This document shows, one piece after another, positions 39,537 through 54,649 of a stretch of DNA of 64,000 nt (the stretch's first letter is position 1; each line of letters starts with the position of its first letter). Where the stretch lies: assembly GCA_951406725.2 (NCBI GenBank), contig OX597825.1, forward strand, positions 15,934,001 to 15,998,000, in the 5' to 3' direction. The notes beneath the pieces are model-generated. The model did no database searches. It was not told the origin of the DNA and worked only from the letters and a program-made list of their open reading frames with translations. Origin of the DNA: Octopus vulgaris. Its lineage: Eukaryota. Made by a program: the position numbers and the translations under genes.

Positions 39537-40378
39537 TTGGGTTGTCCGGAAAGTTCGTGCCGATTTTTAAAGGAAAGAAAAAGGTCAATAAATACTTGCC
39601 ATTACATTTTTAATCAACCAAATATGAACCATTTTGTTGCACAATGCGTCTCCATCTTTCCTTTAACTTGAAAATACCTATTTCTTTACTACCCACAAGG
39701 GGCTAGACACAGAGAGGTCAAACAAGGACAGACAAACGGATAAAGTCGAATACATCAACCCCAGTGCGTAACTGGTACTTAAATTTATCGACCCCGAAAG
39801 GATGAAAGGCAAAGTCGACCTCGGCGGAATTTGAACTCAGAACGTAGCGGCAGTCGAAATATTGGTAAGCATTTCGCCCGGAGTGCTCAAGTTTCTGCCA
39901 GCTCGCCGCCTTTTCTGCCAGCTCGCCGCCTTAGCGCCTTAACTTGAAAATACCCTCTTCCCAGAACTGAGGCGGTTTCGTGGCAAAGAATTCATCAAGG
40001 TATCTTTTTCCGTCATCCAAGGAATTGAAATTTTTACCATTAAGACTATTCTGCAGAGACCTGAATAAGTGGAAATCCGAAGGAGCAATATCTGGTGAAT
40101 ATGGAAGGTGGGATAACACATCCCAGCCGAGCTGCAGCAATTTTTGTCTGGTTCCCAAAGCATCAAGTGCCGAAAATGAACTTTCTTATCTTCCATTATA
40201 AAGAGTTACAGAATTAACACAGGTTATAGGAACCTAAACCTTCTTCCACGAAAAGATAGCTTAAACTGTGCTCTAAATGGAGGTGTAGTCAAATTCTATT
40301 TTATGGACTCAACCATGTTCTAAAATAAGTCGAAAGCTAAGCTACTATAAATCGGCACGAACTTTCCGGACAACCCAA
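39537..40378 (-). mobile_element. Internally deleted mariner transposon with perfect TIRs and TA TSD, carrying a SINE insertion
   Basis: TIR ttgggttgtccggaaagttcgtgccgattt at both ends with TA flanks. N-terminal MEDKKVHFRHLMLWE is joined to C-terminal WDVLSHLPYSPDIAPSDFHLFRSLQN. SINE C insertion has TSD ttaacttgaaaatacc (39663-39678 / 39939-39954). Confidence 0.92.
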
Positions 40379-41479
40379 TACTACTGCTAGATCTAAGAAC
40401 GACTAGAATGAATACAAGATGAATATAAGATTTTACTAAATAAATGCGATGGCATAATAATTTGAAAGAATAACTTGGGTAAAATACCTTCGAAAGAATA
40501 TTATACTTCTCAGAGGGACAGAGACTGCATCTTCTGGATCCGTAAATGTAGGAAGATATGTTTTATAATGGACAAATTGCTCTTCTAATTTTTGACATTA
40601 TCATCCTTTATAAATATATATAAGTTTTTTGGCGCTTTTGAACAAAAAATCTGAATTGAAGAATTCTTACAGACACTTCAATTGAAAAGACTATTGAAAA
40701 GGTTGCAAGACGCAACGAAAATTTTAGGAAAATAAAGATAAGAAATAAGTGGAAATTTTACCGATGAGTGTGTTACATAATAAGGCACAAAAAGAAAATG
40801 ACTCTCCCCAGACACAGCAGAATATGTTTCAACACATATAAAGAATCTTGCAAACCAAATCCAAAAATTTCAATTGCTTATTATTGAGAAAATTCTAACT
40901 ACCAAGTGACCAGCAAATTATATTTCTACATAATGGCTTTTTACCATAATAGAAATATAGTCTCATATTTTTGCATTCATATATTCATCAGTACCGAGGC
41001 TGTATTCCTAAGAGTACCTTCTTCTGCTCATGAAAATATGAAAAATATGACTTGCTTCTTCACATGCATAAAGAACAGATAAAAATGTGACACGTTCTTT
41101 AACATTCTTCCCCGCAACCAACAAAATCTCAAAATACTATTAACTTATATTTCAGCGTATTTCCAAATGATTTTGTTTGCATACTGCCATATTGCAATTC
41201 AATGCCAGACGTTTGAATAATCGGAGCGTGAATTCACTGTTTATAACTCAATAAGTTTAGCTTCGAATAGAATTCATTTGATTTTATGCTTTAAGTACTT
41301 CGATCATGGGTTGTGAGCGCAAAGGTTCACGTCTCCATATGTGTGTGCGTATGTGTACCTGTATGTATGTGCATATATCTGTGTGTGTGTATGTGTGCTT
41401 ATTTGTTTATATTTACATACATACATATATACTTACATACATGAATACATACACAGACACACATATAGATTTGTATACG

Positions 41480-41553
<74 letters not shown>

Positions 41554-42349
41554 TGTATGTATGTATGTATGTATATATGTATGTACGTATGTATGTATGT
41601 ATGTACGAATGTATGTATGTATGTATGTATGTATGTATGTATGTATGTATGTATGCATGCATGTATGTATGTATGTATGTACGAATGTATGTATGTATGT
41701 ATGTATGTATGTATGTATGTATGTATGTATGTATGTATGTATGTATGTATGTACGAATGTATGTATGTATGTTTGTATGTATGTATGCATGCATGTATGT
41801 ATGTATGTACGAATGTATGTATGTATGTATGCATGCATGTATGTATGTATGTATGTATGTATGTATGTACGAATGTATGTATGTATGTTTGCATGTATGT
41901 ATCTAAGTGTGTATGTGTGTATTATGTATGTATGCATTGGCATAGCTAAAGTGTGTGCCGGCCAGAGCGGCGCTTGTGTTTTTCACCCCACCCCATACCC
42001 GGGGCACCCTCACACATACAAAATATTAAGCAGCAATTCCCTCTCACAGACCCACCAAAGGATGTCACCTAAGGAGGGGTACCACCCCGCAAGTGCCTAT
42101 CTATATATTTACAAACCTGTGCTTGTGTACGTGTGTACGTGTGTCTCTGTATATGTTAGTGCATGCATGTGTGTGTGTGTGTGTGCGTACGTATGTACCT
42201 ACTTGAATGTGTAGACATACATATACACAGAAACTCGTATGCGTATCTGTATGTGTTTCTATGTGTGTGCGTACGTGTGTGTGTTTGTGTGTAAATGAGT
42301 GCGTGTGAAAGATAGTCCCACACTATTAACCAGTCCATTAATCACGGAC

Positions 42350-42669
42350 ACACCACCGTGTTACCATTGCCTCGTAACCTAGAATCAGAAACATCGATGA
42401 GCACATAATCCTTCCTCCTAAAACTAATCAATAAAAATGTATTTAGTGGACTCCATTTACGCTTATATTATTCCATTCTTACTTTTTCTCACGATCGTCT
42501 GACGTTGCTATGTCAATCAATGGCCGATCCAGACATCCCAAAAGTCTTTATCTTTGTGTCTAGTTTGTTGAAGTGTCGATAAATCGTAAACTCTCTAACC
42601 ATTGTAGGCGACTGGGAACAAAACGAGATAAGTGTTTCGAGTGTTATCGGGGAGTATGCTATTATTCTT

Positions 42670-42674
<5 letters not shown>
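42350..42674. repeat. Low-copy segment, copy 2 (paralog of 31415-31753)
   Basis: See copy 1. Confidence 0.88.
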
Positions 42675-42742
<68 letters not shown>

Positions 42743-42811
42743 GTGGCGTTAATGGTGGTGGTGGTATCCAATATTCTCGGACTAATAATTTAGAAGTGAG
42801 TCTTTTATATA

Positions 42812-42899
<88 letters not shown>

Positions 42900-42904
<5 letters not shown>

Positions 42905-43027
42905 TTTATAGAAGGAGTTTACAGGACTAGAACTGTTTTATTCAAAAGAAATCATCAGGAAGCTTCCTGATGATTTCTTTTGAATGAAACAGTTCTAGTC
43001 CTGTAGAAGCTCCTTCTATAAAATAAA
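42900..43027. repeat. Near-perfect 128-bp palindrome centred on AAGCTT
   Basis: tttattttatagaaggag..aaatcatcagg-aagctt-cctgatgattt..ctccttctataaaataaa. Confidence 0.9.
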
Positions 43028-43093
43028 TTAATTTACTCTGCTATGTATTGAGTACCTTATTTACTGTGGTTAACCCCGACTCAACCCGGGACC

Positions 43094-43141
<48 letters not shown>

Positions 43142-43323
43142 ACAAGAAAAAAGCAACAAAAATGGATCAGTATTTCGGTACATCCATTTTTGTTGTTTTT
43201 TTCTTGTTTATATTCACCCCGCATTATCTTATGGTTAATACCATATAGATTTCTGGTGCATCTAAGTCAGGTACCGCATTCATGTGAATTCAACAGAACT
43301 CACTTGAATCTTAATTGCTTTTA

Positions 43324-43371
<48 letters not shown>

Positions 43372-43467
43372 CGGGAAAGTTTACGAAAATAAATAAAAGA
43401 CGAAGGCAGGTGGAGTACAAACAAACAAATGTATTAGTATAGCGCTCAGGAATAGAAATAGAAAAAG

Positions 43468-43505
43468 TCTTTTACGTTTCGAGCCTACGCTCTTCGACAG
43501 AAAGA
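43468..43505 (-). ncRNA. Minimal hammerhead-like motif in a dispersed (Penelope-like) repeat
   Basis: tcttt-CTGTCGA-agagc-gtag-gctc-GAAAC-GTA-aaaga (core A6 substituted); related motifs at 32124-32160 (+) and 44485-44519 (+). Confidence 0.4.
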
Positions 43506-43590
43506 TACACAGAACAAAAAACAAGGAGAGAAAAAATGCGTGTAGGAGCTAACGATCTATATATACATCATATACATACACATTTGTGAA

Positions 43591-43740
43591 TTAAGGCTAC
43601 CATTGGTTTCATGTTAAGAAGAGTAGGAAAATATCTTAGTGTCTCAACAATTTTTCAAGCCGAGAGATCGGCTTGAAAAATTGTTAAGACACTAAAATAT
43701 CTTTATACTCTTCTTAACATGAAACCAAAGGTAGACTTAA
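43591..43740. repeat. Inverted repeat / hairpin MITE (~72-bp arms)
   Basis: ttaaggctaccattggtttcatgttaagaagagta...tttttcaagccga-gaga-tcggcttgaaaaa...tactcttcttaacatgaaaccaaaggtagacttaa. Confidence 0.88.
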
Positions 43741-44283
43741 ACAACAGCAGTAATTTTATTCAGCTGAATACACGTCATTGATTGGTTGAAATTACCGAAA
43801 TACGAGAACTTTAATTACTTCGCAAATATAAGTTTTTCTCAAAAATGTTATTTTCAGTTTGAAAATAGAAGTAGGAATTTTAATGGTGATCGCCGATTTC
43901 CCAATATTTTTATCTCTTTCTAACCTTCAAGGCTTCTACCATCATTTTTAAGTGCATATAAAAGAAAAAAAATGACCAAAATCGGTATTGATTAGGGGAG
44001 GTGGGCTTTTGAAAAAATTCAGCAATTTACGAATATTTATTTATTTATTTATTTTTTACCACTAGAGCGTCTCCAGTTGTTTCAAGTGAATACTGCAAAA
44101 AAAAAAGGGGGGGACAAAATCAGTCTGGAAGGGGAGGGGAAGAGGGATTCGGAAGAGTGTATGAAAACTCCCCGTCAAAACGGAGAAAATGTGGGTGAGC
44201 TATTCCGAAAGTCAGTCAAGGGATTCTGCTGTGAAAATTATCCGGCAACGACAGGATACTCAGTTATTGTGTGTGTGTGTGTA

Positions 44284-44407
<124 letters not shown>

Positions 44408-45621
44408 TCAAAATGTAACCGCGTGTGTACCGTTGGTGATTTTTTTCCTCTGTCTTCCCTTCTCTGGATCTTTCCTTCTCCTATGTTTCCGACGAAGAGC
44501 TCCGCTCGAAACGTTAAACCCTCCTTCTTTCCTTCTTTCCTGAGCGTCCAATAATACTATATTTGTTCCACGTCTTCGCGTTGTTGTGTTTTTTTTTGTG
44601 CATTACGCAACATTAAAGTTCAGAGACTCACCACTTCTATCTACGTCGGGACACAAGACTGTGAAGACGTATCCTGACTGGCTCTCTCTCACACCACACG
44701 CCAGTAGCAGATAGGGGCTAATGCACAAGAGGAGAAGACCATGGTCTCCACGCATCAAACCATTTTCATTTATCATTCAGGTTGTATGTGTACGTGTGGC
44801 CACATTAAAGGTAATTAAAGTTACCGCCTTGTTCCGTGTATTTGTTTATACCGTGTTCCTTTCAAATTATATTACAGCCTTCTGAGTAGAGTCACAAGCA
44901 AATCTTAAGTTGCATAGATTGAAGAAGCATTGCACATAAGTTGTAGAGTATATTGTTTATTGAAACTGTATGCAATTTTCAAGTCTCGCTTGAAGATCGC
45001 ACTGGCATGAAACTAGATTCGTGTGTTAGACATTTAGCATTAACACAAGTTGCGTCTATGTACATATGTAAGTATGTACGTACGTATGTATGTATGTACG
45101 TAAGTATGTATGTATGTATGTATGTATGTATGAGTGTGTGTATGTATGTATGTGTGTGTGTGCATGTATGTATGTATGTATGTATGTATGTATGTATGTA
45201 TGTATGTGTGTGTGTATGTATGTATGTGTGTGTGTGTATGTATGTATGTATGTATGTATGTATGTGTGTGTGTGTATGTGTGTATGTATGCATGCATGCA
45301 TGTATGTATGTATGCATGTATGTGTGTGTGTATGTATGTATGTATGTATGTGTGTATGTGTGTGCGTATGTATGTATGTATGTATGTGTGTGTATGTATG
45401 TATGTATGTATGTATGTGTGTGTGTGTGTGTATGTGTGTGTGTGTATGTGTGTGTGTGTGTATGTATGTATGTGTGTATGTATGTATGTATGTATGTATG
45501 TATGTATGTATGTGTGTGTGTATGTATGTATGTATGCTAGCTATTTACTTATGCATGTATTTATGTTTGTATGTGTATAAAGAATATGTAGGTACTAAGA
45601 GAAGATTGAGAGAGAGAAAGG

Positions 45622-45673
<52 letters not shown>

Positions 45674-47421
45674 AAAGGGAACTAAGGAAATGGGAAAAGG
45701 TAAGTAATATAGAATGGCCTTAATGGTAGTCGAACAATTAATGGCAGGATGGGAAAATGACAGAAAAGTCCGTTACCATAGACAAAAGATTATTGGGAGA
45801 AATTTACAAACACAAAACTATTATTATTTAACGTTCAAAAAGAGGAATTATATTTGAAAGGAATTAAATAAATAGAATGTTATTGATACAGTCATTAAAT
45901 AAATATATATATATAAAATACTATAATAGTAGTAACAAAAGAAGCTAGTTGAGATATTAGCGGAAACATCACAAAGTTTGCGTGCCAGTGTTTTTATTTA
46001 AACGGTGTACTTGAAAAGAATATCTAACAATTATATTGTTATTACGTACGTGAAGTTACCTTTAAAGTTTGAAAATTAAATAATAATGAAAAAGAGTATT
46101 TCGATAATGAAGTTATTGCTCAATCTTTGTGAATAAAAGGTTGATAGCTGTATTCTGAAAAAGTTGTGTTATAACTGTGTAGTTAAGAAGATGGTATTTC
46201 ACTGGCAGAAACGTTAGCACGCCGGGCGAAATGCGTAGCCGTATTTCGTCTGTCGTTACGTTCTGGGTTCAAATTCCGCCGAGGTTGACTTTACCTTTCA
46301 TCCTTTCGGGGTCGATTAAATAAGTACCAGTTACGCACTGGGGTCGATGTAATCGACTTAATACCTATGTATGTTCTTGTTTGTCCCCTCTATGTTTAGC
46401 CCCTTGTGGGTAATAAAGAATATAGGTATTTCAGTTACGGGGTTTAGTATTCAGCCCTACTGCGTGGTACTTTTTGGCAAGAGTCTTCTACTTACAGCCC
46501 TGGGTCCACTAAAAGCATTGAGTGGATTTGGTTGACGGAAATTGTGCGGAAGCACGTCATGCACGCACGCACACGCATGCACGCACAAGCACGCACGCAC
46601 GCACGACCGCCCAACCACCCGCACGCACGACCACCCGCCAACCCACACGCACGCACGACCGCCCCCACGCACACACACACGTCTGTGTTTGTCTTTATGT
46701 TTGTGTTCGCTACCTCCCCACAGCTTGACAACTGGTGTTGGCTTGTTTACGTCCCCGTAGCGATTCAGCAAAAGAGACCTATAGAATAAGCTGTAGCAAG
46801 TGTCTGTTCATAGATCAACCACGTGGGCTTAAATACGTAGTCAGAAAACGACTCATACGCAGGTTTTTCTACGATTAGTCATATGACGGTATAACAGATT
46901 GACCAAGTCCGTTTTTTGAAATTGTATTCGTTTAGTCGTCCAGTCGAATCACTTGACAGACCAACCAAATACTACAAAATACTGTTTGCTTCTCTGGAGC
47001 CTGATGGCATCTATAAATAAAGGTATTTCCCCCAGCTTTGTTTGGAGAGGAGACTTGTTTTGCAGGTAGCGTTGACGCGCTACGTATGTGTTCCTGTTTA
47101 CCATGCACCTGTGAGCAGAAAGAACGAGATACTGTAAGTAGAGATGTCACGTATTTCTGTTCTTGTCTGCCAAGCACACGTCACCAAGTTCCGACGAATT
47201 TGAGAAGCAAATATGTAGAATTTCTTCAGACAGTTAACATCATGATGTAACCAGCCAGTTGCCGCAGAAATTCATTTAACGGTTGAATAAAGCGTCGCAG
47301 TTAATTGCAATTCGTTTTCTTGTGTTTCTTTCTTCTGCTTCGTACAAGACTCATTGGAACCAAGAACCTGTAATTATACCAGGGTCAGAGACACGCTAAC
47401 CAACACGCCAAAAATCCTTCC

Positions 47422-47453
<32 letters not shown>

Positions 47454-47624
47454 TTTCGTATGTTTTTTTTTAGACATTCACTAGTACAACACTAAAAAAA
47501 ACCCCCAAATATATGGCACACTAGGCATAACAACAACGTGAACTTCCAACCTGTTGTCTCTTGTGGTCTCTGGGTAAGACTTGGAGTCAGCTTGTACAAA
47601 TACAAAGCAAAAGCAAAGTCAAAC

Positions 47625-47685
<61 letters not shown>

Positions 47686-49770
47686 TAGACCAGAGATGAT
47701 ATTTAAAATGAGAATATCTGAAATAAACTCGGTTGCTCTCACAAACGAGAATACTAAAAATGAACCCGACCGCCCTGAAAAATTGAGTAAAAAAAAAATG
47801 AAAAAATAATCCAGAGTCCTTGTCTGGTACTGGATCGATCCCAAAATCTAATCAGTTCGTGCTAGTCACGAGGCCAAACATCCCTAAAAGTTTCATTCGA
47901 ATCCATTCAGCGGTTCTTGAGATATCTTATCCATGGACAAACTAACAAACAAACAAACACGACTGAAAACAATACCTCCGCCTTTACTAAGGCGGAGGAA
48001 ATAATAAGAAACGTAAGTAACTAGGGTCAATTTCTTTGACTAAAGACCTTTAAGGCGGTGTCCCAGCATGGCTGCAATACAAATAAATGACAATTAATGT
48101 CGACATTAGCTTGGGTCTAACCTTGACAGAATAATTTATACCAGTTTGAATGCTTATACTTTTTCTATCTGCTGCTGCCTGTTGTCTGCTTGTAAAAACT
48201 TTGGCGTTACAAACAAGCATATATAGCTATATTTTCTATAACACTTTCTTGAGTCATTATTCAACTGACTTTGTAAAACACGAAATATCCATCTAAATAC
48301 ACACTAACACATCTGCAAAACTTTACTTTAACTGATGTAATTTAAGGTACGTTATTATTTAGTCTACATTCTGTCCTGTTTTGATGTGTATTCACAAACT
48401 TCGTATATGATAATTATTATTGTGGTAATATACCAATAAGATCGGAAGAGGTATATTTTTTCTTCGTATATTTATTTATTTTTGTAGGGAATAAAGCAGG
48501 TATTTTTAAATTCATTCTTCTTAATGCCTATGAACAATTATTACTTGCCTGCACATTCCAAGAAGGTATATATATAGTAAGAATGCTAAATAATTAAGCA
48601 GTGGGACAAGACCTTTATCTTGAACTAAAGGTAACATATACTTAATCATGGTTATATCTAAAGGCTTCGAAGGCGGCGAAGGCAATGCTGTGGCGAGCTG
48701 GCAGAATCGTGAGTACACCGATCATAACGCTCCGCGGCATTTCCTGAATCGATAAAAATAAGTATTAGTTGAGCACTGGAGTCGATCTAATCGACTTAGC
48801 CCCGTCCCCCAAACTTGCTGGCTTTGTGCCAAAATTTGAAGTCAATATTTAAAGGTGGCGAGTTGGCAGAATCATTAGCACGTCGGACAAAATGCTTAAC
48901 AGTATTTGTTCCGGCTCTTTCCGTTCTGAGCTCAAATCCCGCTGAGACAAACTTTGCCTTTTTATCCTTTCACGGTTGATCAAATAAAGTACCAGTCAAG
49001 TATTGAGGTCCACGTAATCGACTTGCCCATCCCCTCAAAACTTGCTGGCCTTAAACCCTGAAGCGGTGTTGCATCCCCTTCAGGAGGGCTGTTGTGATCT
49101 CGGTGATTTATATGTCATGAATAAACAGGGTAACTGGCTTTATTAGTCCTAAGGCTCGAAAAACAAAAAATAAATAAAAGAGAAATATATGTAAAGGTGA
49201 AAATAAAGGTAGAGCAACTCAGCGGTAAATAAAATCAAGGGGCTGTATGAATTTATGAAGAAAAATGAAATACTGAAATGCGATATTGGTAATTCTAAAA
49301 GATGGAAACGGGAGAAATACTTTCCCTGCTCTGTTTAAAATTAAAACCTTAATGACTCATTAAATAAGAGCGGAAACACGAAAAGAGGGGCAGAGATAAG
49401 ATTAGATACAAATAGAAAAAAAGGAAGAACAGGTGATTGGACAGAAAGGACGGTAAGTTACAGAGTATATCAATCATAATAAGGTAAAGTAAGTTTGAGA
49501 AAGTTCAGTATTAAATTGGGATTAAGAATAGGGATTTAACGTGAATAAAGTAAAGTCTTGAACAAAACGTTAAAAAAATTGGGTCTAGAATTTTCTTAGA
49601 AAAAAAAGAAGGGGCTATAAAGACAACCCATCAATAAGGTGAAGAAGATTAAGTGAATATGGTGAATGGGGAAATTTTCTTTTGCATGTTTCGGGTTTTG
49701 GACCGCGGCCGTGCTGGAGCACCACCTTGAAGGGTATTCATTCGCGAGCAAATTAACCATCAATTTTTTC

Positions 49771-49805
<35 letters not shown>

Positions 49806-50762
49806 GTGTCAAGCCTGGTGCATATTCTATCAGACTCTTTCGCAGAACCGATAAGTTAAGGGGATGTAAGCAAACCAACGCCGGTTGTCAAGCGGTGGTG
49901 GGCAAACAGCGCACGCAGGTGCAAAGTCGTGCGCGCACACACACACATATACACACAGACATACACACATACACACACACATACACACATACACACACAC
50001 ACATATACTCACACACACTCTGTGCGAGTGTGTGTGTGTTTATCATATATAATATATATGTAATACATAAATACATGCATGCATGCATACAAACATTCAT
50101 ACGCATGTAGGTATAGTTTCCCTTGGTTTGATAAGGAGGCTGTAAGTGCCACAGAAGGGAATCAACGTACTCCGATATGTTCCAACCGCGACTCAATTCC
50201 CTCGTGGAATTTATGTACTGTTCGGTAACAAATCGTTGTCATTTTTAGTAAGTAGATAATGAAGACAACTGTCCCCTTACTGTAACCTGTTCTCCGGAGA
50301 CAGGCTTACTCGTAGCCTGGTTTAATGTCCCTACCCACTGTTCGGTCTTTAACAAAATCACATACACACATCTTTATCTGTCTGTCTATCTATCTATCTT
50401 TTTATCTATCTATCTGTTTGTCTGTATATCTGTCTGTCTATATATCTATCTACCAATCTATATACCTACCTATCTATATGCCTATCTATCTATATACCTA
50501 TCTATCTATCTATTTATCCATCATCTATCTACCTAACTAACTACCTGTATACCTATCTATCTATCTATACACCTACCTATCTATTTATCTATATACCTAT
50601 CTATCTATCATCTATCTACCTAGCTACCTGTATACCTACCTATCTATCTGTCTCCTACCTATCTATATATATATCTATCATCTATCTACCTATATACCTA
50701 TCTAACTACCTGTATACCTTTCTATCTATCTATCTATCTTTATCTATCTATCTATCTATCTG

Positions 50763-50811
<49 letters not shown>

Positions 50812-51080
50812 ATACCTATCTATCTATCTATTTATCCATCATCTATCTACCTAACTAACTACCTGTATACCTATCTATCTATCTATACACCTACCTATCC
50901 GTCTCCTACCTACCTATCTATTTATCTATATACCTATCTATCTATCATCTATCTACCTACCTAGCTACCTGTATACCTACCTATCTATCTGTCTCCTACC
51001 TATCTATATATATATCTATCATCTATCTACCTATATACCTATCTAACTACCTGTATACCTTTCTATCTATCTATCTATCT

Positions 51081-51175
<95 letters not shown>

Positions 51176-52670
51176 CCTACCTACCTACCTACATATCAAT
51201 AAACAGGCAATGTGGTTTTTAAACTATTTGCAAATAAGTGTATAGCATTTAGATAGGAGCATTAACCCCACGGGTATATGACAGTATGATTAGTAAAATA
51301 ACAACTTTACATAACCCGGTGTGTGCGTGTGTATGTGGCTTGACTTGTCAGTGTTAGAGCAATATTAAACGAAGAAGGGTAAATGCAGGGAATATATAAA
51401 GAAATGATGTTAGTAGCGCGTAAATAATCGGAAAGAATAGGAGTAATAGCAAAGCTTTAAGATTAATGGCGGAAATAGATATAAGGGTTAGTTAAAGAGG
51501 GATACACACGGAGCAATAAATAGGTAGAGAGATAGACCTGTATGTAGACAGATAGGGATTAGAAGAGAGAAAATGCCGCATAGAGCGGGAATATTAGTGT
51601 AAGCAGGAAAATGAGGGGAAGTGATATAGTAAGATATAGAGCATCGTAAAGAGCGATAGGTAGGTTCGTTGTTTGAGATAGAGGGGAGAAATGTAGAGTG
51701 AGGCTATTGGGAATAGAAGAGAGTGGGGTCAGAAGGGGATAATGCAACAGATAATAGGGGTGAATGCTGAATGCAACAGATAGAGATGAAGGGAAAGGGA
51801 GATGTTGAAATGATTGGGATGTGGGGCGAAAGAAAAAACTAGAAGGGAAGTGATTGGAAAGAGACGGTAAATAAATTGACGGAAGAGGGAAAAGATTTTA
51901 GGTATGACTGGAGATGTTGACAAAGAATGGAAGGAGAGAAAGTTTGAGAGAGGAAAAGAAGAGGAAGGAAGAGAGAAGAAAGGAGAGAATGAAGAATGAG
52001 AGAGAGAAAGAGGAGGGGGATAGACGAACTAGAAAAAAAAAATGAAGGAAATTAGAAACCATCGAACGAAAGAAAAAGGGTAAACAAAGAGGGTAAACAA
52101 AGATGAAATGAAAAGAGAGAGTAAAGGAAAAGGAAAAGAGTAGAATTGAAGAATTAAGGTTGTTACAATGAAAAGAAAGCGAGAAAGAATAATAGAAATG
52201 AATGAATGAATGAGTGAATGTATTATGGAAGAAAAGAAAGGCAAAAAAAATAAAATTTAAAAATTCCTGAAATTTAAGCAGAAAATGTAGTTTTGATATT
52301 TCACGTTGTAAGAGAGTCGATCACAAACCTCTCGATTCCTACTGTTGAATATAGGAAGTTCGCTTCTTTATAAAGGAAGCCCAATCACTCACTCTGTCTC
52401 AATCGCACTACTCTCACTGGCCCCCCTCCTTGTGACTCTCCCTCGCTTTCTCTCTTCACTCAGTTGCTTGGTTTTGTTTTCATCACTCATTCATCACTTC
52501 ACTCCTTGTCTTAGTCTGTCTTTCTTACATACATCACACACACACACACATCTTTACTCCTTTGCTTTCGCTTTCCTTCTCTCCGATTCCTATCAATCTG
52601 TCGCTTCTTAGTGCTTCCTTTATTTCCCTTTCGTTTTCCTATTTATCTGTCTATCTCTTTGTTTAGTTAC

Positions 52671-52730
<60 letters not shown>

Positions 52731-53401
52731 TTATCTGTCTACCTACCTATCTATCACCCTGCCTACCTATGTATCTGTCTCTCTGACCGTGTCTCTATTT
52801 CCACTCATTCATTCCTAATTTTCTTCCTCTCATTCTTTCTTCCTTCTCCATCAATCTGTCTTTACCACTTTCTCCCTCTATCTATTCATCTTTCTCTATC
52901 ATTTGACAGTCAGTGTGTGAGCGTATATATATATATATTTATATATTTATATATATATATATATATATATACATATATTACTTTCGCGTCTCTCCTCTCT
53001 TTATTGGAAGGACTCTATCTCTTTCTATTTATCTTATTTTCCCTCCATCTCCTGACAGCCCTTAGAAATATATATATATATATATATACAAATACACAAA
53101 TATATATATATACCTGACGTTCGTCCACCAACAATGGATTTTACCGAAAGAGGACAGTTGTAGCTTTACAGAGCTGCAAAGGAAAACACGTTTGCAGAAT
53201 CAAGGTAACTCGGACTCATTATCATTTATATGTTTTCTGCCATACATACATACATATATACATGTATATATATATAATACACACATGGATGTATATGTGT
53301 GTAGGTATGTGCTTGAGTACATGTTTATGTCACCGTAGGATGACAAAGAGAAAGAGACAGAGAGACAGCATTAAATGTGAGAAAAGAATTATACATACAT
53401 G

Positions 53402-53491
<90 letters not shown>

Positions 53492-53847
53492 CTTTAATAA
53501 ATAGGGTTCAGCAAAGATTTGCTTTACCACATACCAAAGTTTAGAAATAGCAGCCAAAAAACGTTAGGTATTTCTTCTACTTTAAAAGGGACTCCCAGAA
53601 AAACCAAAATACTTGAATATATATATATATATATACAAATATGCACACATATTCTACATACGTGCATACATGTGTGTGTGTGTGTATAAAACGTTCGTGT
53701 TTACAAATGAGTGAAAACGGTGCTTAATTAAAATGAAAATAGTGTTTTTTTCTGTCATATGTAGTTGAAGATGAATGAAGCTTGTTGAATGGGAACTCGG
53801 AGTTTCACGTTGCCGACAATTCACACGAGTGCAAGAAGACTGTCATG

Positions 53848-53922
<75 letters not shown>

Positions 53923-54289
53923 TCTCTCTCTCACACACACACACACACATGTCAAACATGATTTTTTAGTTTGTGTAAGAAGTGTTTGAATGTTTAAATT
54001 TACTGAGTGTATACAATTTACTGTGAAAAAATAGCGTGTCAACATATATATATACACACACACATCCAAACACACACATATGTTCTTGTGTAATTTTATA
54101 TATTTAAATTCTTGTGCCAGTATGTTGCAGCTCTGTGTGTCTGCAGACGGCTGCTGTTATCGAAATTAGCCCCGGAACCTAGGATACTATCTGGCAGTTA
54201 TTGTTATTTATGTGGCCCCGTCCGCTAGTGATCACAATAAGCGGCTTCCATTATATATAATGCGTGTGGGGGAGAGAGAGAAAATAAGT

Positions 54290-54580
54290 AGGGAGAGAGT
54301 GAGAGAGAGAGAGAGAGAGTAAGCAGTGTGTGTGGCAGAGAGAGACAGAGAGTAAGCAGTGTGTGTGACATAGAGACAGAGACACAGAGAGAGAGAGAGA
54401 GAGAGTAAGCAGTGTGTGTGACAGAGAGAGACAGAGAGTAAGCAGTGTGTGTGACATAGAGACAGAGACACAGAGAGAGAGAGAGAGAGAGAGAGTAAGC
54501 AGTGTGTGTGTAACAGAGAGAGAGAGAGAGAGAGAGAGTAAGCAGTGTGTGTGTAACAGAGAGAGAGAGAGGGTAAGCAG
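54290..54580. repeat. Minisatellite: (GA)n-gtaagcagtgtgtgtg units
   Basis: About 7 copies of agagtaagcagtgtgtgtg separated by variable GA/GAC runs. Confidence 0.85.
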
Positions 54581-54617
54581 TATATGCGTGTGAAGAGAGA
54601 GATTAAGCTGTGTACGG

Positions 54618-54649
<32 letters not shown>

